From NCBI GenBank assembly GCA_963674705.1, contig OY771506.1:1664001-1728000 (forward strand): a DNA stretch of 64,000 nt, written 5' to 3'. Positions 58,113-64,000 of this stretch are shown here, in pieces. Within the stretch, counting starts at the first letter, position 1; the number at the start of each line of letters is the position of its first letter. Below the pieces are notes generated by a model. It saw only the letters and a list, made by a program, of their open reading frames with translations, did no database searches and was not told where the DNA came from. The position numbers and the translations under genes are program-made. The stretch is from Phycisphaeraceae bacterium (GTDB lineage: Bacteria > Planctomycetota > Phycisphaerae > Phycisphaerales > Phycisphaeraceae).

Positions 58113-61100
58113 ATGGCGCCAAGTAACACGAGTAAAAACAAGCCTTTCGTTCACCTGCACGTACACTCGCAGTATTCGCTGCTGGATGGTGCGTGCAAGA
58201 CGGGGGACCTTGTCAAGCGTGCCAAGGCGCTGGAGCAGCCATCGATCGCGATTACGGATCACGGCTGTTTGTTCGGCGTGGTGGACTTCTATTCCAAGGC
58301 GGTGGCGGCGGGGGTCAAGCCGATCGTCGGGATCGAAGCCTACATGGCGGCCGACTCGCGCAAGAACCGTACGGCTACGGGCGTGAAGGACGGCGGGTAC
58401 CACCTACTGCTGCTTGCTCAGAATCAAGTCGGGTATCAGAACCTGCTCAAACTCGGGTCGATCGCGTATACCGAGGGCTTCTACTACAAGCCACGGATCG
58501 ATAAAGAGGTCTTGCAGCAGTTCAGCGATGGGCTTATCTGCACCAGTGCGTGCTTGGGCGGTGAGATCCCCTCGGCATTGATGAAGGATGACCGGAAACG
58601 CGCCAAGGAGATCGCGGAGATCTATCTCGAGATCTTCGGGCCGGACCGGTTCTTCATCGAACTGCAAAAGCACATCCGCGAGCAGGACCAGGTCAATCCC
58701 GAATTGATGGACCTTGCGGACCGGTTGGGGATCGGCTGTGTCGCGACGAACGATGTGCACTTCCTGCTCGAAGGTGATTATGCGCCGCACGATGCACTGT
58801 GCTGTATTTCGACGGGCAAGCTGGTCAGCGACGAAAGCCGGATGAAGTACCCGAAGGAGTTGTTCCTTAAGAGCAGCTCGCAGATGTACTCGGCGATGGA
58901 CCACCCGAAGTGGATTGAGGCGTGCGAGAACACGCTGCACATCGCGAACATGTGCGAGTTGGAGCTGGACTTCAACGCGAACCATGCGCCTGTGGTGAAG
59001 ATTGATGAGAGGGGATTGGGGGTTGGGGATTCGGGATTGGGTAAGAATGCTGAGGGTGACAATCCCCAGCATCCTATCGGTTCCACGGCTTGGTATCAGA
59101 ACTTCTGCTCGAAGTTTGATCTCGAGCCATTCGACTCGATCAACGATACGCACACGACGGCCGAAGATCTGAAGCGGCAGTGCGACGATGCATTACGAAA
59201 ACTCAGTGAAGCGGGATTGCTTTGGCGTTACGGTGAAGACGGGATCACCGACGAGATCCGTGTACGGCTTGATCGTGAACTAAAGATCCTTGCGGACAAA
59301 TCCATCTCGGCGTACTTCCTGATCGTCTGGGACTTCGTCAACGAAGCGCGGCGGCGCGGGATACCGTGTAACGCGCGTGGTTCGGGCGTCGGGACGATGG
59401 TCGGGTATGTGCTTGGTTTATCCAACGCGTGCCCGGTGCAGTACGGCTTGCTGTTCGAGCGTTTTACCGACCCGGACCGATCGGAATATCCCGACATCGA
59501 TATCGACATCTGCCAGGACGGCCGGCAGGAGATCATTGAATATGTCCGTCAGAAGTACGGGCACGTCGCGCAGATCATCACGTTCGGAACGCTCAAGGCG
59601 CGTGCGGCGATCCGCGATGTGGGTCGCGTGATGGATGTGCCTTTGCCGGAGGTGAACAAGGTCTGTGAACTGATCGGTGACGGGCTTGGCGTGACGCTTG
59701 AAAAGGCGCTGGCGCAGGAGCCGGACCTTGCGAAGCTGTACAAGGACAACCCGACACATAAGCGGATGATCGATACCGCGATGCGTCTGGAAGGCTTGGC
59801 GCGGCACGCGGGTGTGCATGCGGCGGGCGTGGTGCTGGCGACGCAGCCGCTGGACAACATCATCCCGCTGTACAAACCGCCGGGGACGGAACAGATCGTC
59901 ACGCAGTGGGACGGGCCTACGGTTGAGAAGGTCGGCCTATTAAAGATGGACTTCCTCGGCCTGCGCACGCTTTCGATTATTGAGCGTGCGAAGAAGCTGA
60001 TTAAGCAGACGCTGGATGAGCAGACCATCAAGAAGTCTGTGGCATCGGGTATCGGGGCTCGGGTATCGGGTATCGGGAAGGCAGAAGAAGCAGATTCTTC
60101 AATCAATACCGAGCACCCCACACCCCACACCCCACACCCCACACCCGACCCCCTCGACCTTGAACGCCTCAAGTACGACGACCCGAACGTGCTTGCGTTA
60201 TTCCAGCGTGGTGAGACCGCGGGCGTATTCCAGTTTGAATCAGGTGGGATGCGCAACCTGTTGATGGCGATGAAGCCGGATAGGTTGGAAGACCTGATCG
60301 CGGCCAACGCGCTGTATCGGCCCGGGCCGATGGAACTGATCCCGAATTACAACAACCGCAAGCACGGCCGGGAAAGTGTGCCGAAGGTTAATGAGATCGT
60401 CGACCGCCTGACGGATGAGACCTACGGGATCATGGTCTACCAGGAACAGGTCATGCAGGTCGTCAACGAGCTGGGCGATATCCCGCTGCGTTCGGCGTAC
60501 ACACTGATCAAGGCGATCAGTAAGAAGAAAGAAAAGGTCATCAACGCCAACCGCGCCCAGTTTATCGAGGGCGCGAAGCAAAAGGGTGTCAGCGAAAAGC
60601 AGTCAAATGAACTGTTCGACCTGATCCTCAAGTTTGCCGGCTACGGTTTTAATAAGTCGCACTCGACGGGTTACGCGATAGTCGCTTACCAGACGGCGTA
60701 CCTGAAGACGTACTTCCCCGTGCAGTACATGGCTGCACTGCTGACGTATGAATCGGTCAGCACGGAGAAGGTTGTCGAGTACATCGACGAGTGTAAGCGC
60801 GTGATGTGGCCTGATGGGCATCGCGGTATCGAGGTGGGGCAGCCGGACATTAATCTTTCGGATATCGGGTTTACGGTTGTCTTTGAAAAGGATGAACCGC
60901 ATGATGCGAACCACGGGCATATCCGTTTTGGTCTGTCGGCGGTGAAAGGGGTTGGCGAGAAGGCGATCCGGGCGATACTCGAAGTACGTGAGAAGGACGG
61001 GCCATTTAAGAGCCTGTACGACTTCTGCGAACGTGTGCCTTTGGGCTCGGTGAACAAGGCGACGATCGAGGCGCTGATCAAATGCGGAGCGTTCGATGAG

Positions 61101-62081
61101 ATCCATGGCATCGAAAACCGCGCGTCGATGGTGGCGGCGATGGAGGGTGCGATCCAGTCCGGACAGCGTGCCGCTGCGGATCGTGATTCGGGGCAGATGA
61201 ACTTCTTCGGCGGCGGGTTCGGTGAGTCGGCGAGCGAAGCGGTTGAAGCGCCTGAGCCGCAGTTGCCGAAGATCGAGCCCTGGTCGAAGCAGGAATTACT
61301 TAAGCACGAAAAATCCGTGCTCGGTTTCTACGTGTCGAGCCATCCGATGGATGAGCACGCCGATGCGATTCAGCGTTACAGCTCGTGCACGATTGCGGAT
61401 GTCGAGCAGTTGCGAGCCGATACGCAGGTGACGATCGGCGGGATGCTGACGCGCGTCAGGCCTACGTTTACACGTGCATCAGGCAAGAAGATGGCGCATC
61501 TGACGATCGAGGACAAGACCGGGCCGATCGATGCGGTTGTGTTCCCCAAGACATACGATGTCGTCGCGCCGCTGCTTGAGAACGACAAGATCGTGTTCCT
61601 GCTGGCCAAGGTGGATCGCAAGCGCGAGACGCCGCAGTTGCTTGTGGATGATGTGATCCCGATCGAGCGTGCGGCGGAGCGGTTGACACGCGCGGTGAAG
61701 ATCACGATGCGCGGTGATGGTGATGCGTTCAACGGCGAGCTGACTCAGTTGCGAGAAGTGCTTCGGATGGCGGCCAACCGTGGCCAGCCGCACGCGGAAG
61801 TTTTGATCGAGCTGCATCAGAACAAGAAGGTCGTGACGCTGCGTTTGCCATCAAGCATGCGTGTGTGTGTCGATGAACACCTGACGCACGGCATCACCGC
61901 CACGCTTAACCGGCACGTCAAGGGGCAGGCTGATTGTGAATTGATCGGCCCGCCGAAGCTCATTACGAATGTTATACCAAGCGAACTGTTGCATGATGCG
62001 AGCCAGGACACGGGCCCGGTGCTTGCGATGACGTCCAACGTGCAGGGCGAAGAAGTCTGCGCCAGCATCGATCGATATTGA
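58113..62081 (+). CDS. dnaE: DNA polymerase III alpha subunit
   Basis: FVHLHVHSQYSLLDG, ARGSG, PDIDIDI, HAAGVV, KMDFLGLRTL, GVFQFES, YGFNKSHS, OB fold. Confidence 0.98.
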   Translation: MAPSNTSKNKPFVHLHVHSQYSLLDGACKTGDLVKRAKALEQPSIAITDHGCLFGVVDFYSKAVAAGVKPIVGIEAYMAADSRKNRTATGVKDGGYHLLLLAQNQVGYQNLLKLGSIAYTEGFYYKPRIDKEVLQQFSDGLICTSACLGGEIPSALMKDDRKRAKEIAEIYLEIFGPDRFFIELQKHIREQDQVNPELMDLADRLGIGCVATNDVHFLLEGDYAPHDALCCISTGKLVSDESRMKYPKELFLKSSSQMYSAMDHPKWIEACENTLHIANMCELELDFNANHAPVVKIDERGLGVGDSGLGKNAEGDNPQHPIGSTAWYQNFCSKFDLEPFDSINDTHTTAEDLKRQCDDALRKLSEAGLLWRYGEDGITDEIRVRLDRELKILADKSISAYFLIVWDFVNEARRRGIPCNARGSGVGTMVGYVLGLSNACPVQYGLLFERFTDPDRSEYPDIDIDICQDGRQEIIEYVRQKYGHVAQIITFGTLKARAAIRDVGRVMDVPLPEVNKVCELIGDGLGVTLEKALAQEPDLAKLYKDNPTHKRMIDTAMRLEGLARHAGVHAAGVVLATQPLDNIIPLYKPPGTEQIVTQWDGPTVEKVGLLKMDFLGLRTLSIIERAKKLIKQTLDEQTIKKSVASGIGARVSGIGKAEEADSSINTEHPTPHTPHPTPDPLDLERLKYDDPNVLALFQRGETAGVFQFESGGMRNLLMAMKPDRLEDLIAANALYRPGPMELIPNYNNRKHGRESVPKVNEIVDRLTDETYGIMVYQEQVMQVVNELGDIPLRSAYTLIKAISKKKEKVINANRAQFIEGAKQKGVSEKQSNELFDLILKFAGYGFNKSHSTGYAIVAYQTAYLKTYFPVQYMAALLTYESVSTEKVVEYIDECKRVMWPDGHRGIEVGQPDINLSDIGFTVVFEKDEPHDANHGHIRFGLSAVKGVGEKAIRAILEVREKDGPFKSLYDFCERVPLGSVNKATIEALIKCGAFDEIHGIENRASMVAAMEGAIQSGQRAAADRDSGQMNFFGGGFGESASEAVEAPEPQLPKIEPWSKQELLKHEKSVLGFYVSSHPMDEHADAIQRYSSCTIADVEQLRADTQVTIGGMLTRVRPTFTRASGKKMAHLTIEDKTGPIDAVVFPKTYDVVAPLLENDKIVFLLAKVDRKRETPQLLVDDVIPIERAAERLTRAVKITMRGDGDAFNGELTQLREVLRMAANRGQPHAEVLIELHQNKKVVTLRLPSSMRVCVDEHLTHGITATLNRHVKGQADCELIGPPKLITNVIPSELLHDASQDTGPVLAMTSNVQGEEVCASIDRY

Positions 62082-62268
62082 TCGACATTTTCTCATGGTT
62101 AACAAGTTAACACGTGTCATTAACCATCTCTGTGATCGACCGCGTGATATTGAATTAGTCTAAACACCGCAATGGGCGGGATATTACCGGTTTCCTGTTT
62201 GGTGATAGAAGTTATACTGGTTGTCCGTATCAGCCCATCACCTGGAAGCATTCTGCAAAGGGCACGCC

Positions 62269-63504
62269 ATGCGAAAAGTTCTCTACCTGTTACCCATTCT
62301 GGTCGCGTTGGTGCTTGGCGGTGTTTTGTTATCGATCAAGCTGGAAGACTGGAAAGCCAAATCATCAGCCGAGGCCCCGCCTGAGAAGGTAACGGTGCAC
62401 TTCGTGGTGAAGGTTCCACCGGAGACGCCGCGCTATCAGAAGCTCTATCTTTCAGGCAACGTAACGGAGTTGGGCTCCTGGCGTGCCGAGGGGTTGGAGC
62501 TTAAGAAAGAAGACGACGGCCGGTATGCCGTTACGACACAATTGCCGGGTGGTGAAGATATTGAATACAAAATCACACGCGGCTCGTGGAACACGGTAGA
62601 GCGCGGACCGGACGGCGCGGAGATGGAGAACCGTACGCTTACGCCAAAGAAAACCGAATCGGTTGCGATCGAAGTGGCGACGTGGGTCGATCAAGGCAAG
62701 GCCGAACCGGGCAAGAGCACCCTGACGGGTAACATCCGAACGCACGTCGGTTTCCACTCGACCTTACTGGATAACGATCGCACGTTGGCTGTTTACCTGC
62801 CGCCGGGCTATGACGAGAATCCGGACAAGCGTTACCCCGTATTGTACATGCAGGACGGCCAGAACCTGTTTGATACCGCGATGAGTTTTGCGGGCGTTGA
62901 ATGGAACGTGGATGAGACGGCCGAGAAGCTGATCAGTGAAGGCAAGATCGAGCCGGTGATTATCGTGGCGATTTATAACTCGCCTGACCGTACCGAAGAG
63001 TTTACGCCTATCCGCAAGTTCGAATCCGATCCGGTTGCGCGCGGCGTGTACTACGGCTGGTTTGTTGCTTACGAGGTCAAGCGGTTCATCGATAAGACGT
63101 ACCGCACGTTGCCGGACCGCGAACACACCGCCATCGCCGGTTCATCCTTGGGCGGACTGATCGCGTTGGATACCGCACGGGCGCACAATGACATTTTCGG
63201 TGCATGCGTTGCGATGTCACCGGCCTTGTGGTCGGCAGAAGGCGAACTGTTAAGCCAGTGGACTGCCGACAACGACTGGATGACTAACACGAAGTTCTGG
63301 ATCGACATGGGCGAAGGCGAAACCGAAGACTACCCCGCCGGCGAGGCGGTCCCCCACCTGCAAACCCTCGCGTCCACGATGCAATCCGCCGGGCTTGTGA
63401 AAGACAAGGACTATGTCGAACTTGTAGTTGAAGGCGAAGAACAAAACGAAGCCGCTTGGTCGAAACGGTTCGGCGATGTGTTGATGTTCTTGTATGGGAA
63501 GTAA
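62269..63504 (+). CDS. CBM20-like domain + alpha/beta-hydrolase esterase
   Basis: LYLSGNVTELGSW, EYKITRGSW; YPVLYMQDGQNLF; GSSLGG nucleophile motif. Confidence 0.9.
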   Translation: MRKVLYLLPILVALVLGGVLLSIKLEDWKAKSSAEAPPEKVTVHFVVKVPPETPRYQKLYLSGNVTELGSWRAEGLELKKEDDGRYAVTTQLPGGEDIEYKITRGSWNTVERGPDGAEMENRTLTPKKTESVAIEVATWVDQGKAEPGKSTLTGNIRTHVGFHSTLLDNDRTLAVYLPPGYDENPDKRYPVLYMQDGQNLFDTAMSFAGVEWNVDETAEKLISEGKIEPVIIVAIYNSPDRTEEFTPIRKFESDPVARGVYYGWFVAYEVKRFIDKTYRTLPDREHTAIAGSSLGGLIALDTARAHNDIFGACVAMSPALWSAEGELLSQWTADNDWMTNTKFWIDMGEGETEDYPAGEAVPHLQTLASTMQSAGLVKDKDYVELVVEGEEQNEAAWSKRFGDVLMFLYGK

Positions 63505-63520
63505 TCGCATTGACCTTACC

Positions 63521-63548
63521 AATAGCCCCACGCGGAAGCGTGGGGTTG
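63521..63548. repeat. REP-like hairpin / possible terminator
   Basis: AATAGCCCCACGC-GGAA-GCGTGGGGTT. Confidence 0.6.
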
Positions 63549-63708
63549 AGTGTGTGAGAATGCTTGCAGACAGGCCCTTTGCTTTCTGATGAATGACCTC
63601 AACTGCCCCCATGATTTGCGCTGACATCATGTCACGCTTCAATGCGGTGACTTTCAGTTGAATTAATTTCCGGACAAAGGGGGATCCATTCGTAACGAGT
63701 TATCTCCC

Positions 63709-63762
63709 GTTTAGCCCGAGCGGCTACGCCCGGGTTCCGCCGCGTGTCCGCTGCGGCTAAAC
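63709..63762. repeat. GTTTAGC-type inverted REP-like element
   Basis: GTTTAGCCCGAGCGG ... CCGCTGCGGCTAAAC. Confidence 0.6.
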
Positions 63763-63840
63763 ATGCTCGTTACAGGTGGCTTGGGGATGATCTGAAACTT
63801 GGGGCTCACTATTTGTCGCACTGCGGCTGTGAAAGTGTGT

Positions 63841-64000
63841 TTATACACGCAAATCGATCAGCACATCATCGCCTAATTGTTCGACCGCTCGCAGTGTCAG
63901 TTGTTTTGAATCCGCGATGCTTTCGCAGGACATGCCTGTTACGGCATCTAAGGCATTTGCATCGCCGACGACTTTCGGGGCGATGAAGGTCAGGACCTGA
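63841..64000 (-). CDS. ribD: RibD-like reductase, C-terminal end (gene enters from the window edge)
   Basis: Manual translation QVLTFIAPKVVGDANALDAV...VEQLGDDVLIDLRV*, typical of the RibD C-terminus. Confidence 0.75.
   Translation of the reverse strand, partial: QVLTFIAPKVVGDANALDAVTGMSCESIADSKQLTLRAVEQLGDDVLIDLRV

Noticed and set aside
58113..62081. Intein in DnaE
   Set aside because: The inserts are short, and I found no C/S...HN-C/S/T splice motifs or LAGLIDADG blocks.
1..64000. tRNA/rRNA genes; HIP1-like over-representation of CGATCG
   Set aside because: I saw no cloverleaf/T-loop or rRNA signatures. Frequent CGATCG can arise from ATC/GAT codon usage and cannot be assessed without counting.

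Overview
A 64 kb GC-rich bacterial chromosomal segment. It is probably from Planctomycetota, class Phycisphaerae (inferred from a prepilin/H-X9-DG protein and dockerin-like PEP-CTERM proteins). Core genes are ftsK, argG, dnaE, a partial ribD, a partial gspE/pilB-type ATPase, an M3 peptidase, mscS, a ferredoxin and a thioredoxin. Accessory genes include a complete hoxEFUYHW bidirectional [NiFe] hydrogenase operon, a heme-c MCP, GH29, PL6, SGNH and CBM20 enzymes, and a PEP-CTERM cluster. Also present are two orphan DNA methyltransferases, a 1488-aa DUF4011-SF1 helicase-Vsr-like protein (defence candidate), a TetR/CMD/Trx/PNPOx redox locus and three tandem paralog pairs. I saw no rRNA, tRNA, CRISPR array or transposase. 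The most unusual signal is non-coding: at least six families of palindromic or short-tandem-repeat elements. They nest inside one another, delimit single-gene units (including a 685-bp duplication of a Cys-depleted IscA-like gene) and lie in frame inside dnaE and the helicase. Other candidates are a leader peptide upstream of an RNHCP gene, a 44-aa small ORF, a structured PEP-CTERM leader and a decayed two-gene module. All family calls come from motif recognition by eye; no searches were run.
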